A stretch of 64,000 nt of DNA from Emiliania huxleyi CCMP1516 (taxonomy: Eukaryota). The position numbers were made by a program, and so were the translations under genes. Location of the stretch: assembly GCF_000372725.1 (NCBI RefSeq), contig NW_005201493.1:280475-344474 (forward strand). The letters run 5' to 3'. Positions 13,701 to 24,390 of this stretch are shown here, one piece after another (position 1 is the first letter of the stretch; the number at the start of each line of letters is the position of its first letter). Below the pieces are notes generated by a model that saw only the letters and a program-made list of their open reading frames with translations, was not told the origin of the DNA and did not search any database.

Positions 13701-14122
13701 CCGCCCTCACGCCGCAGCAGCTCGCGCCGCTCGATCTGCGCGCGTGCGCCGGCTGCCTGCTCTTTGATGCGCAAGAGTCGAGCCTCTCGAGCCGGCGCAT
13801 AGCGCGAGAGGCGAACGCCAAGGACGCGGCTCGCCTCGCGCTCGAGGAGCCGCACGCGACGGCCGCGCTCCTCTCCCTCGGCGGTGTGAGGACGGTGGTG
13901 CTCCACCATTGGGCGGCCGCGCCCGCGGAGAGGCACGCTGCGCTCACCGCGCTACTCGGCCAGCTCGGCGAGGGCAAGACGGCGGGCGAAGCGGTGCGCG
14001 CACGCCACGAGCTGCAGCAGCCAGAGGAGTTGCCGCCGCCAGGCGGTGGTGCGAACCCGGACGTCGAGCGACCGCCGAGCTCGCTGCTGCTCTACGGGTT
14101 GCCTCACTATCGCATGGTCTAG
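10703..14122 (+). CDS. CFAP46: CFAP46/TTC40-like protein, C-terminal part only (TPR-like helices plus CHAT-like C-terminal domain); probably 5'-truncated
   Basis: Intronless 1139-aa ORF. TPR-like helices. C-terminal motifs IVDPCLSPLPLELL, CRDLSVSMLRRRL, SFLYHGPGSLLS, CLLFDAQESSLSSRR, AALLSLGGVRTVVLHHW and LLLYGLP resemble my recollection of the CFAP46 C-terminus. In-frame stop at 10646-10648 upstream. Confidence 0.6.
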   Translation: MVQLMAAADSEMVLGVSSLPMPELTAAHLWWSVDTFNEAGMTLHSLLPLSLLRHMAATVVQRPAFESLTILRTAHLLRELGASDAAAEAMHRAASWRPTAEQKRDSARRLEDARRKAPARRHPPPEAVSAANPLVHRPQSQPRSATRTDAALWVDLAAALLVEGEWSAAGEWLDQARPMLEALGDDLGRARCLATLAQLHALRGDAEEALRLQAAALRAAPLEVDEWASAVLSLSSLQAKGGAAAAAEATLREAAQICETAEASPSSKAEAIASQARLCVALGRLHLSATVGASEAPAKADEHFKAATLLLQPSGASLALIDALSARVDAVERGGASAADADKGAVEDDVAGDADILREEKALGEMMALLAAAVGHAERLLYRAAPRSAPPSVSLPTARTLAQLRSRQARVELRLAELQERRALRLQETAPRFPRVQGRDEAAVLDFVRGNALEARRDAGLCHVERALVHSSSSLALAGHSRAALDAGLSLGRALIAMARGRGHGGGVWKPKAPKESDGEEAKGEAGRDAGSAEAEVEAEAAAAGEAPGEGEVAAVEDGAEEAREGEAGLLRLVEGALKEGDAATAREAALALADAAGAERPLECGRWLSVATSCAARLHWLAVWRRACDPRSRFAVLLSQLSHSLEQRWAQPAQTPVWKSAQLALDDAERGCVPWRSLEVETGSLRELLAGLPAGARVVQLTTTTHGRAYGMATIAQAGDDDPPVLVSRADLSPAALSAAIDAINEARRLHRIAALNKSKSDLLPAAVAEEMQPAAPPEPPEPPEPAAAGPLDKLRRKAREVARAGRGAAAFQATPPRVLALRDAVSKAEALLAPLLEPLVPMLETPAGSLETESEPQGGTAAVARPPTIVIVDPCLSPLPLELLGVFAEECGGGGVCRDLSVSMLRRRLALGAPDAPRGAVRCAVDVHDEVRLPTGVEGGRLGEVFASDVLGSEALAHAAEWPALLGSRQAPSATELAHALAAGGSFLYHGPGSLLSAALTPQQLAPLDLRACAGCLLFDAQESSLSSRRIAREANAKDAARLALEEPHATAALLSLGGVRTVVLHHWAAAPAERHAALTALLGQLGEGKTAGEAVRARHELQQPEELPPPGGGANPDVERPPSSLLLYGLPHYRMV

Positions 14123-14420
14123 TATTTATGAGAAGTTGTTTGCTCGAGGTTGTTTGGCGCCTGGGGAAGAGCATGCGAGTACTCTAACCTGGTGTTGCAC
14201 AAACCTCATGACCCGCATGGCCATGAGGCGGCGAGATGATGTGCCGGCGCGGGTTTTTCTTCTTTCTGGTGTCGTGCTGCCAAGCTCGCAAAGCGCAATG
14301 TGGTGAAAGCGCATGTGGTACCCTCTCACTGGGGAAGAGCCTCGCGATTGACTCCGATATATGTTGTGAAAAAAGAAAGAAGAGAAACAAAAAGAAACAC
14401 GGTGATTTCTTTTCTCGCTT

Positions 14421-15842
14421 ATGTCCACCCCGCCGCGCCGCCCCTCGCGCCGCCTCGCCGCCGTCTCCACCGCTCTCTCGCCAAGCACGCCGCCGCCCGT
14501 CCACCTCCTCGACCTCCCCACGGAGCTCCTCGCGCGCGCCCTCTCTCGCTGCGACCCCGCCGACATCGCTCGCGTCGCGGCCGTCTCGCTCCTCTTCCAC
14601 GCCTCGCTCGCGGTGGAGAGCATCCGCTTGTGGGCGCAAGAGCGCGGCTTCGAGCTGCCGGCGCAGCCCGAGGGCGAGAGCTGCATCGTGCGGTGGCTGT
14701 GCTTCGCGGCGCTGCTGTGCGAGTCCAACCCGCCGGCGAGGGCTGCGGCAGGCTATACGCACAGCGTCTTCATCGACGGCGAGGGGCGGCTCTCGTCGTG
14801 CGGCTGCGCGGCGGATCACCCCCTCCTCGGCCACGGCGAGGGCGTGACGCGGCTCAACACGCCGACCCGCCTCCCTCCCACCACGCTGGGCGGCGAGTAC
14901 GCCGTCGCTGTGTCGGCGGGAGCCGTGCATAGCCTCGCCCTCACCGCCAGCGGCAGCGTCCGGAGCTGGGGCGATCGAGGCGACGGCCGGTTGGGCCACG
15001 GCGACCAGCAGCACCAGCTGCTGCCGAAGAAGGTCGAGGCCTTGGCTGGCCAGCGCGTCGTCGCTGTGTCGGCGGGACTATGGCACAGCCTCGCCCTCAC
15101 CGCCGACGGAGCCGTTTGGAGCTGGGGCCGTGGAGTTTGGGGCCAGCTGGGCCACGGCGACGAGCAGACCCAGCTGCTGCCCAAGAAGATCGAGGCCTTG
15201 GCTGACCTGCGCGTCGTCGCTGTGTCAGCTGGAGCCGCGCACAGCCTCGCCCTCACCGCCAATGGCGCTGTCTGGAGCTGGGGCTGTGGAGCCTCTGGCC
15301 AGCTGGGCCACGGCGACGCGCAGAACCAGCGGCAGCCGAAGAAGGTCGAGGCCTTGGCTGGTCAGCGCGTCGTCGCCGTGTCGGCTGGAAACGGCCACAG
15401 CCTCGCCCTCACCGCCGATGGCGCTGTCTGGAGCTGGGGCTGGGGAAGCTTTGGCCGGTTGGGCCACGGCGACGAGCAGCCGCAGCTGCTGCCCAAGAAG
15501 GTCGAGGCCTTGGCTGACCTGCGCGTCGTCGCTGTGTCGGCTGGAGGCCAGCACAACCTCGCCCTCGCCGCCGACGGCGCCGTCTGGAGCTGGGGCTGGG
15601 GCCACGCAGGCCGTTTGGGCCACGGCGACGAGCAGAACCAGCTGCTGCCGAAGAAGGTCGAGGCCTTGGCTGACCTGCGCGTCGTCGCTATGTCGGCGGG
15701 AGGCCAGCACAGCCTCGCCATCATTGCCGACGGAGCCGTTTGGAGCTGCGGCTTCGGAGGCCTCGGCCAGTTGGGCCACGGAGACGACACTGCGAACCAG
15801 CTTCTGCCCAAGAAGATCGAGATGTGGGCGCCGGGGCGGTGA
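14421..15842 (+). CDS. F-box plus RCC1-repeat protein (intronless)
   Basis: F-box start LLDLPTELLARAL...IARVAAVSLLF. About seven RCC1 repeats of the form VVAVSAGxxHSLALTADGAVWSWGxGxxGxLGHGD. Confidence 0.9.
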   Translation: MSTPPRRPSRRLAAVSTALSPSTPPPVHLLDLPTELLARALSRCDPADIARVAAVSLLFHASLAVESIRLWAQERGFELPAQPEGESCIVRWLCFAALLCESNPPARAAAGYTHSVFIDGEGRLSSCGCAADHPLLGHGEGVTRLNTPTRLPPTTLGGEYAVAVSAGAVHSLALTASGSVRSWGDRGDGRLGHGDQQHQLLPKKVEALAGQRVVAVSAGLWHSLALTADGAVWSWGRGVWGQLGHGDEQTQLLPKKIEALADLRVVAVSAGAAHSLALTANGAVWSWGCGASGQLGHGDAQNQRQPKKVEALAGQRVVAVSAGNGHSLALTADGAVWSWGWGSFGRLGHGDEQPQLLPKKVEALADLRVVAVSAGGQHNLALAADGAVWSWGWGHAGRLGHGDEQNQLLPKKVEALADLRVVAMSAGGQHSLAIIADGAVWSCGFGGLGQLGHGDDTANQLLPKKIEMWAPGR

Positions 15843-15971
15843 GAAGCCGCGAAGGAGGGGATGCTCAGGCTTCTCGCGGCGCGTTTTGCGTGCTCGGCCG
15901 AGCACGCAAAACGCATGTGGTACCCTCTCACTTTGGAACCGCCGCGGGTTGTGCTGCGAGAGAGGCCTGGC

Positions 15972-17031
15972 ATGAGCGGCGCCGTCTTCGTCTGGCGGCC
16001 GGGCATGAGCGGCGCCATCAGCCGGGGCGAGCTGGCGGTGGGCGACCTGACCGCGCTGCGCGCCTTCCTCTCCGGGCAGGGGACGCGCGGCACGTCGCTC
16101 ACGGCCCAGCTCGACGCGCGATTACAGACCGGGAAGCAAGACACGCTGCTCACCTGGGCCGCTCGGCACGGGCAAGCCGAGGCGGTGCGGCTGCTGCTCG
16201 AGGGCAGCGCGAGCGTTGGGGCGACGACCGGCACCGGCCGCGCCGCGCTGTTCATCGCGTGCCAGGAGGGCTGGCGGGGCCACCTCGAGATCGAGAGGCT
16301 GCTTCTCGAGGCGGGCGCGGCGGTCAACCAAGCCACGGATGATGGCGCCACGCCGCTGTTCATCGCGTGCCAAGAGGGCCGCGTCGAGTGCGCCCGGCTG
16401 CTCCTCGAGGCCAGCGCAGCGGTCAGCCAAGCCCGCAACGACGGCGTCACGCCGCTGATGGTCGCGTGCCAGAACCACCGCCTCGGATGCGCCCAGCTGC
16501 TCCTCGACGCTGGCGCGGCGGTCGACCAAGCCGAGGAGAACGGCTGCACGCCGCTGCTCGTCGCGTGCCACTTCGGCCACCTAGAGATCGCCAAGCTCCT
16601 CTCCTCCTACGGCGCCTCCCGCGCCGCTACGCCCTTCGGCACGCCCGAGGAGGCCGCGAACCGCCGCGGCCACGCCGACCTCGCCGCCTGGCTGGTCGCC
16701 AGCCGCGGCTGGACGCCGCTCGCGCACCTTGAGAGCCTCACCCCGCCGCCCGCGCTCTCTCCCTGCTGCGCAGCGGCGCAAGCCTGCACGAGGGCGAGCC
16801 GACGCCGCTGCAGCGCGCCGCGGGCGGCGAGGGCGAGGCGGCGGCGCTGATCCGGCGGGCGGCGGTGCCGTGGTCGCCGGCAAGCCACTCGCTCTTCCCC
16901 GCGGCGGCGCGCACGCGGGCGGCGCTCCTCGTCCTCCCGCTCTACGAGATCCACGAGCGGCACCATCTCGACTCGGCAGGAAACACGAACGGCATCGCGG
17001 CGCGCGACTTTGATCACGCGCGAGACGGAGT
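15972..17031 (+). pseudogene. Ankyrin-repeat gene, paralog A; frameshifted
   Basis: Five ankyrin repeats plus a capping repeat. Relative to paralogs B and D it has two extra C at ~16741 and a ~23-bp deletion at ~17011. Confidence 0.8.
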
Positions 17032-17390
17032 TGGGGAGCGGTGCTGCCAGCCCCTCTCACCTTGGTGTGTGTGTGTGTAGGTATGTTGTTGGCGAAGCAA
17101 GACACATAGCTCACACAAAATCACAGGGGTCGTGTGTGTGTGTGTACACCTCTCACCTTGGCACCGCCGCGACGGTCCCTCTCCTGTTGTTTACCGTGAG
17201 TTGGCATGTGCATATGGAGACGGGCATCGGCATGACGCATGCAGCAGAGATGCACGTGCAAGCTCACATTCACAGCTGCTATACCTACAGAGAAACGCAC
17301 CTTTAGCTCGGCGGAATGGGTTTCTTGCCCCACGAGAGGTCCGCACGGGTCGGGCCCCAGCACATGAGCACAGCTGTGAATGTGAATACA

Positions 17391-18660
17391 ATGGCGGAGC
17401 AACTCGCACTGGACGTCGCGGCGCTGTCGCTCGACGAGGCGCCCGCAATTGCAAGACTCTCCGCTGACGCATTGGACAGCATCGCCTCATTCAACTGCAC
17501 GGTCGACCCCACCGCGAGCGCTTTCCAGTACGAAGCGAGCGTCAGGGAGTCGTATTATTCACTCCCTCGGGCCGAGCAAGACAAGCTCTCGAAGAAGCGA
17601 TACCAACTCCTCAAGGCCGCGCGCGCCGTGGCTGCCCGCGATGCTCTCGCCATGATGGGTACGTGCTCCGCTTGGCAGCTGCTGCTGCGCACGTCAGAGA
17701 GCGTCTGGAGGGCGCTTCTCGTCGCCCGGTTCCCAGAACTCAAGTGTGGCTCCCTGAAACTGGGTGCCCACGACACGTACCGCTGCATGCTGAATGTCGT
17801 CTCGTTGCGTTCTTCGCCGATTTGCCTCCAGCCTTCGCCAAACGCCGGCACGCAGCTCGAAGACTTCACGTTCACCTTTGAGGGCACCTTGGTCCCTGCA
17901 CCGATTACTCTTCACAGTCCGGTCGTGATACACGGGCTATCTGCGTCGCCGCAGTACAGTGCGCAATATCGCTCTTGAGCCCCGCGTGCACGCGCTCTAA
18001 TGCTGACCATCACCCTCGCCTCTGCGCGCCGCAGACGGGCAGAAGGGTCGCGTCATCGAGCAGCGAGGCGAGCGCTGGGGTGTCCGTCTTGACGGAGGCG
18101 GAAGCCTTGCGGTACGCGCGTCCTGCCTGAGGCTGCAGCGGTTTGACGACCTCGGCTTCGACTTTGACGGCGAGCCTAAAGAGGGCTGCGAGCCCACGCC
18201 GTTTGGAGCCCGACAGTCGTGGATGGGCATCATGACTGCCGAGGAGCTGGAGGGCAAGGCCGACGCTATTGACAGTATTGGGCGAGACGTGTACTTTGGA
18301 AGCGCTTACGATCACGATTACTCCGATGCGCAGACGCTGCTGAGCGTATACGTCACGACGCCAACGATGCAGACTGTGAAGATCTACGAGACGGCAGAGA
18401 TCTACGGTACTTGCCGTCCCCCCGGCGGTGAGCGCGGCATGCAGATGCTCCTTTTCGACAAGAAGACGCTGCCTTACGCTGCCGGCCAAGAGGCAGGCAG
18501 CTGCCCAGCAGGCAGGGAGGAGCTTCTCATCCTCGCGACGCTCGACTTCAGCATAGCACTCGTGATCACTACCGATTGGTCGGGCGAGGAGATGCCCGCG
18601 AGCGTTTTCCTGAAATACCTGCAGGGCGACGATGGCCGCTGGTGGGGAGACTTTGAATAG
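17391..18660 (+). CDS. Two-exon protein with a split F-box-like N-terminus and an SH3/KOW-like motif
   Basis: A GT-AG intron at 17959-18034 joins VVIHGLSASPQY-N-GQKGRVIEQRGERWGVRL in frame. F-box-like halves are RLSADALDSIASF and GTCSAWQLLL...VWRALLVARFP. Confidence 0.65.
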
Positions 18661-20240
18661 TTCAGCCGGGCGGCTGTCGCCTTGTGTGCGCCTTTTACCC
18701 GGCGGCTCTTGAAACCCACACAGTGAAATCTACGTTTAGCGCTGATCTGACCAGCTCAATCACCACAATCAGCAGTGAGCGAGTGACGGATAAAGTCGTG
18801 TGAAAGAGCTGTGAACGCGAAAGTAGCGAAATTAATTGCCCGCCGCAGGCGAAGAAAATTTTCAGGGTTTTTGGTCTCCTACGCCAAAGAAATCGAAGAT
18901 TTCGGCGGGCGCCCGACGCGCGGTATGGAGCACGCGCGCTGCCCGGCATGCCTGCAGCATCCAAACGAGACGCACGGCGTCGCTCAGCCGTGTCCACGCG
19001 GCTTCGCTCCTGTCCTAACCGGCGCCATCTGGGCGGCTGCTGCGGAGCTGCTGCCGGCGGTGCGGCAACTGGCCGACAGATACAACGCTCAGGGCACCCG
19101 CCGGCGATTCACTGGAAAGGAACGAAGGCGCCGCTGTCGGCGATTCACCGCCGTTCGTTCCCGTCTCTCAAGCTGGCTACACCGTCCATGGACGAGGGAG
19201 ACGTCGCCTCCTCTTTCGTCCCGGGCACTGTTCGCGCCGGAAGGCACCGTACACTGCGAAGTACATTAGCCTTCATCTCTCCTACCGCCGGCCGGGAGTG
19301 CAGCTTTCGCCATCGCTGAGTGAGTTTATCCTCGACTTTGGCACCTGCGAAGTAATGAACAACATGCAGTACGTCATATGCAATGGCGCTATATGACAGC
19401 CCTGCGATGGGCGTCCTCGACGCAGACGAGGCGGAGCTCATCTGCACGGCGCAGATCGCCGACTTTCTCTCTCTCCCTGCGCGAGTGGTTGCGCCACCGT
19501 GGATGAGGCATATGGGCTGGGCAGGGGAGTTGGTAGAGGAGGTCGACTGAGGGCGCGAGGCCGCCAATCGTCACAGTCTGCTGCTGACTGTCGGTCGCTG
19601 ACTGGTTGCGCATTGCGCTGGCCGCGCAGCGGCCTTTAGAAAATTTTGGCCGCAGGCCTAGGTTTTGAAAGATCAAGAGAATAAGCGCCGGTGAGTCTTT
19701 CAGAAGCTGCCGTTTGCGGCTTCCTAAGTCAATGTTTCGAGAGGAACGTTTTGGCTGAGCTATAACGGCTCCAAAGTCGCGCGATCATCGAGTTTTGAGT
19801 CAATAATTATGAAAGGAAAGGGCTGGCGAGAATTATAGCTCAGCCAATCGATTCAGCGTGCTCTGAAACGCCCAAAACCGTCGAGTTTTTCACCGTGGTC
19901 CAAACAGAGAGCTTAATATTTTGATTTTCTTGGCCACGGCCACGATTACCCATCACTCGCTCGCGTCGACGATCCGCCACGGCCGCCGCGCCCACCGCGG
20001 CCGCCAGCGCCTCGGCCGGCGGCGGCACGGCCGGGCCCGCCGCGACCGCCGCGGCCACCTCGGCCGCCGCTGGCAGTGGGCTCGTCCGCTGGAAGTTGAA
20101 CGTGCTGCCGCCGCCCTTGCGCCTCGCGCCACTCGATAATAATCATGCCGCATGGTCGTGCCGTATGAAGCCGTACGTAATGAAGCCGCACATGAAGCCG
20201 TACGAGCATACCACATATAGACCTCGATAGATGAGCTGTT

Positions 20241-20410
20241 AGGTAGGTAGAAAGGTGAAGTCTGAAGAACAGCCAGGCTCGGACTGGACACCAACGCGGT
20301 ATGGGTGGACGCTGGACAGATGATGACGAGCTGTTGAAGAAGATGTATGTATGTAGAAAGATGAACAACAGTCAGGCTCGGACTGGACACCAACGCGGTA
20401 TGGGTGGACG
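20241..20410 (+). repeat. Two copies of a dispersed repeat, with an inverted copy at ~62511-62575
   Basis: aacag(c/t)caggctcggactggacaccaacgcggtatgggtgga occurs twice here; its reverse complement is at ~62513-62553. Confidence 0.85.
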
Positions 20411-20660
20411 CGAGACAGATGATGACGACACGCACGAGCGACACACAGGCACAAACAGGCTCACAAGACACACAGCCAGCTGGCTGCCACACACCCTGAG
20501 TTGGCGTACACATAACTCAGGGCCACATTCTCCCTGTCGCCCCCCCCAGCACTCCCGAAGAAAGAAGGACGGAGAAAGAAGAAAACCGGCGGAGTTCGCT
20601 GTGGTCCGCTTCTCGCACGCTGGGTCGCGCTCGACGCAAACACTTCCTCTAGTCCGAGCC

Positions 20661-22997
20661 ATGCCGATGCCTGGCGCCCACCCCACGAACGAGGATCTGA
20701 ACGGCTTCAAGCGTGGCGAGCACGTCGAGGGGCCGCACATCTGCGAGCAGTACGTCTTCCAGGCGCCCGGCCAGACGACCGGTGTCTGGGGCTGGAACGA
20801 CACGCAGGCGCTGTACTGTGCTGCGTGCGGCAGGCTCGCCTCCGACCACGTCGTGCTCGCCAAGCCGACCTTCGAGGAGATCAAGAAGAAGCCGCCACCC
20901 TCGCTCCCGTCGGGCTATGTACAGCGCCGCCTCGGCCACCACCACCTCTCCGAGAGGGCGCACTCACGCCGCGATGCGGTGCGCGCCCAGGTGCTCGACT
21001 CGTCGCAGCTCCTCTCCACTCGCGCGTACCAGGCCGAGCGCGCCGCCTCGGCCAAGACCGCACTCGACATGCTAGACGAGACCGTCGACCCGCTCGCCGT
21101 CGCTGCGCAGATTCGACCCTCGCAGCGCAGGCGCGGGGACGCCTCCGAGACACCTCCGAGACACTTCCCAGCAGAGAGGAGAGAGAGAGAGGCCCCCGAG
21201 ACACGTCCGAGACGCCCCCTCGCGCTCGCTCCGGCACGTGCCTCAATCCTTCGCAGCCTGCTCCCCCTCACCGCCCGCTCACCGCCCGCTCTCTCCTCAC
21301 TGCCTCTGCCCGTCTCCTCGCTTCTGCCAGCCGCGCCGCCGCTGCAGCGCCGGGGTGCGCGCCCGGGTGCGGCCCGACACCGGCAGCGTCGGTGGAGGAG
21401 GAGGCGCTGGCGAGCGCGCTGGCGGGCAGCCTCGGAGTGTCGCACGCGAAGCAGGCCTCCTTCGCCACCCACGGGACTGACCCCGCACCGGATTCGGCAC
21501 TCTGGAGGTATGGCACGTAGGACTCCTTCCCGGCCGGCGGCGGCGCCAAGCCGGACGAGGGGGTCGGGAAAGCGGCGGCTGCTTGCTCGGGGTGAGAGGC
21601 GCGGAGTGGACCGCCGCGAGGAGCCGAGAGTAGGTTGCTGCTCGCGAGACGGCGGCATGGTAGGCCTGGTACTGACCGGTGACATGTCCCATCTCGAGAG
21701 TAGGTTGCTGCGCTGCTCGCCCGCGAGACGGCGTACAACGACTCCTTCAAGGACGAGGTGGAGAGGATGGTGCGAGAGTCTATCGCCGCGGAGCGACGCA
21801 AGGAGCCGGAGTCTGATGCGGAACCTTCTTTCGCCACCCCATACCTGCCCACATCCCCCCACATCTCCCCACACCTCTCCACATCTCCCTACACCTCCCC
21901 ACACCTCCCCACACCTCTCCACATCTCCCCACACCTCCCCACACCTCCCCATACCTCCTCACACCTCCCCACACCTCCCCACATCCCCCCACATCTCCCC
22001 ACATCCCCCCACATCTCCCCACATCTCCCCACGTCTCCCCACATCTCCCCACGTCTCGCCACATCTCCAATAGGAGCTCGAGCTCGAGCTTGACGCGCGG
22101 ATGCCGCCCCAGCAGCCGTCCGCCGCGCCGCCCGCCGGCGCGCCGCGCCACGCGTCGGTGGCGTCGCTGCTCGAGGTCCGAGAGAGGACCACGAGAGATT
22201 ACGCCGAGAGTCGAAGCCGAGAGATTACGCCGAGGAGAGGTTACGCCGAGGAGAGGTTACGCCGAGAGGAGGCCACGCGTGGGCGGTGTTGCTCCTCGAG
22301 GCGGCGCCGCAGTCGACAGTGCGTACTGTGGCCGAGAGGGCGCCGAGAGGATTTCGAGAGGATGACGAGATGTAGTGGAGAGTCAGCCGAGAGGGCGCCG
22401 GAGAGGGCGCCGAGATTAGGACGCGAGTTGAAGCCGAGATGACGCCGAGATGGCGCCGAATAGGCGGCGGCGCTGCCGCAGTACCTGGCGAGCTTCGAGG
22501 AGGAGGCGATGGACGCAGAGACGCTGACGTCGGGGTGATCTCGGGGCGATCTCGGGGCGATCTCGGGTGATCTCGGGCCACTAGGCGATGGACGCAGAGA
22601 CGCTGTATGGTGTGATGGAGTCGCAGGGCCGCACCGCGCTCGAGGAGGCGCGGCCGACAGCCAGAGAGAGAGAGTTGCCCTGAGAATGTGTCCGAGACTC
22701 GCTTGGAGGGATTGCCTGACTCTGCCCGGGCACTGCCAGAGGCTGCCTACAAAGGAGAGAGTGTCTGAGAGACTGCCCGGGCACTGCCTATGTCTGCCGC
22801 TCGTCCGCCACCGCCCGTGCCGTCTGCCCTCTCCGTTTCGTGCCTCCCTAGCCGCACCTCCCCGCGCCCCGCTTCGCTGCAGTTCGTGCCCCCCTAGCCC
22901 CACCTCCCCGCGCCCCGCTGCGCGGCAGGTGCTGCTTGAGCTCGGCGTGCGATCCAAGGGGCACCGGATGAAGATCGCAAACCTGGTCGCGCCGTGA
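20661..22997 (+). CDS. Multi-exon protein with an N-terminal C/H zinc-site motif and a C-terminal SAM domain
   Basis: N-terminal HICEQY...YCAACGRLASDH. SAM pieces LPQYLASFEEEAMDAETL (~22470-22525) and LLELGVRSKGHRMKIANLV (~22930-22990). Repeat-filled introns lie between them. Confidence 0.65.
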
Positions 22998-24390
22998 GGC
23001 AGCCTCCACCCCTCCTCCCCCCCGAGGGCGCATCTCTGCTGCCTCTGGGCCGCGCTGGCTGCCTCTCTAGGTCTCTTTTTGGAGGGGGCGCCCTCACATG
23101 CGCGGCCAGATCGGATCAGACTCACGTTAGTGCGAGCGCGCGCGTGGCCGTGTGCTCCTCCGCCGTCCTCAACCTCAATGCTCTGAGATTTTGTGTGTAT
23201 TATATGGTTTTGCGAATGGTTTATATGCTGCGTGCGGTGAGCTGATCACTGATCAGTGATCTCTGTGATCGTGCGGGGTCACTCTCGCCTTCACCGGCTT
23301 CAGCCTTCTCCCATCGTGCATCGAGCCGCAATGCTGACGAGGACGGCTAAGGTCCAAGCAGTAGCACCAAGGGAGTGCACTGGTGTGGCTGCGGCAACCC
23401 GCCCGTTCCCCCAACCCATCGCGTTTGGTTCATGGTTGCTTCCCCCAGGATTAGTCTTCTCTGCCTGCGCGTGCGGGAACACCGTCGGGCCTCGGGCGGC
23501 CGGGTGCGGGCGGCTGGAGCTAGCATGGCTCGATAGCGAGCCGAGACCCCGTGTTGAGGCGTCGCTCCTTTGGGCGGCTGTTGAATCAGCAGATTCGACC
23601 TCATCTTTCCATTACTCTCATGTCCCAGTGGATGGACGTCCCCCGTACCGTACGTCCTTTGTAAGAAAGATTTCCCAGGGGCAATCATGAAGATCTGCTT
23701 TTCTTCTTCTCGAGCTTGTTGAACCTTTTCTTCTTGACGCATCGCCCCCATGTGTCCAGAATCAAGATTTGCTCCGGGCCACGCCAGAATTCTTTTTTGG
23801 AAATCGGAGCAAAGCGCGACAAAGCCGTGAGGCGCCTCTCTAGCGGCGCGGGCGGCGGGGGGCACGACCGCTCCCACGTCCCACCGACGGCGCCGGTCGC
23901 GCGGCTCAGGGTGGGAGAAGGGATGGACGAGGGAGACCGAAGAACCTCTCGATGGTCGATCTTCGGGAAGCTTATTACATTGGGCAGGGAGTTCGCGCGC
24001 CCGATCGCAAAAGAGGCCTGCTCTCGCGCGCCCGTCGGCGGTAGCGGCGGATATCGCAGACAGCAGGGCGCGGATGTAAAGTAAACTACGAACACAGCTA
24101 CTCTACAAGCCTAATCAAAACACAGATCAACAGCACACACAGCGCCCTTCACATACCAGCGCGACGTGACAATAGATAGTCAATACGGTAGTCATACCGC
24201 AAATGTACAGCGCTCTGATTTGAGCGTCAACGTCACGCTGGTCGCTGCCGGGCACTCCGCCCGCCCACGGCTCGCCTATCGGTCGGCTCGGGGCCAAGAT
24301 CGATCCCGTGCACACGACCAAGTTGTACACTCGGCCCAATGCGCGATGGAGACAGCTGTCTCATATCGCGCTCCGTTCTGCCGAAGAAAG

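Noticed and set aside
12088..13977. Long antisense or alternative-frame ORFs (also 27968-29677, 58390-59643 and others)
   Set aside because: Shadow ORFs of GC-rich real genes, with no independent motifs.
21830..22070. Pro/His-rich coding repeat (PHISPHL)
   Set aside because: It is the translation of an intronic 10-bp tandem repeat (ctccccacat) seen in many introns here.
23256..24340. Short ORFs in the lower-GC intergenic stretch
   Set aside because: No recognisable domain or consistent reading frame.
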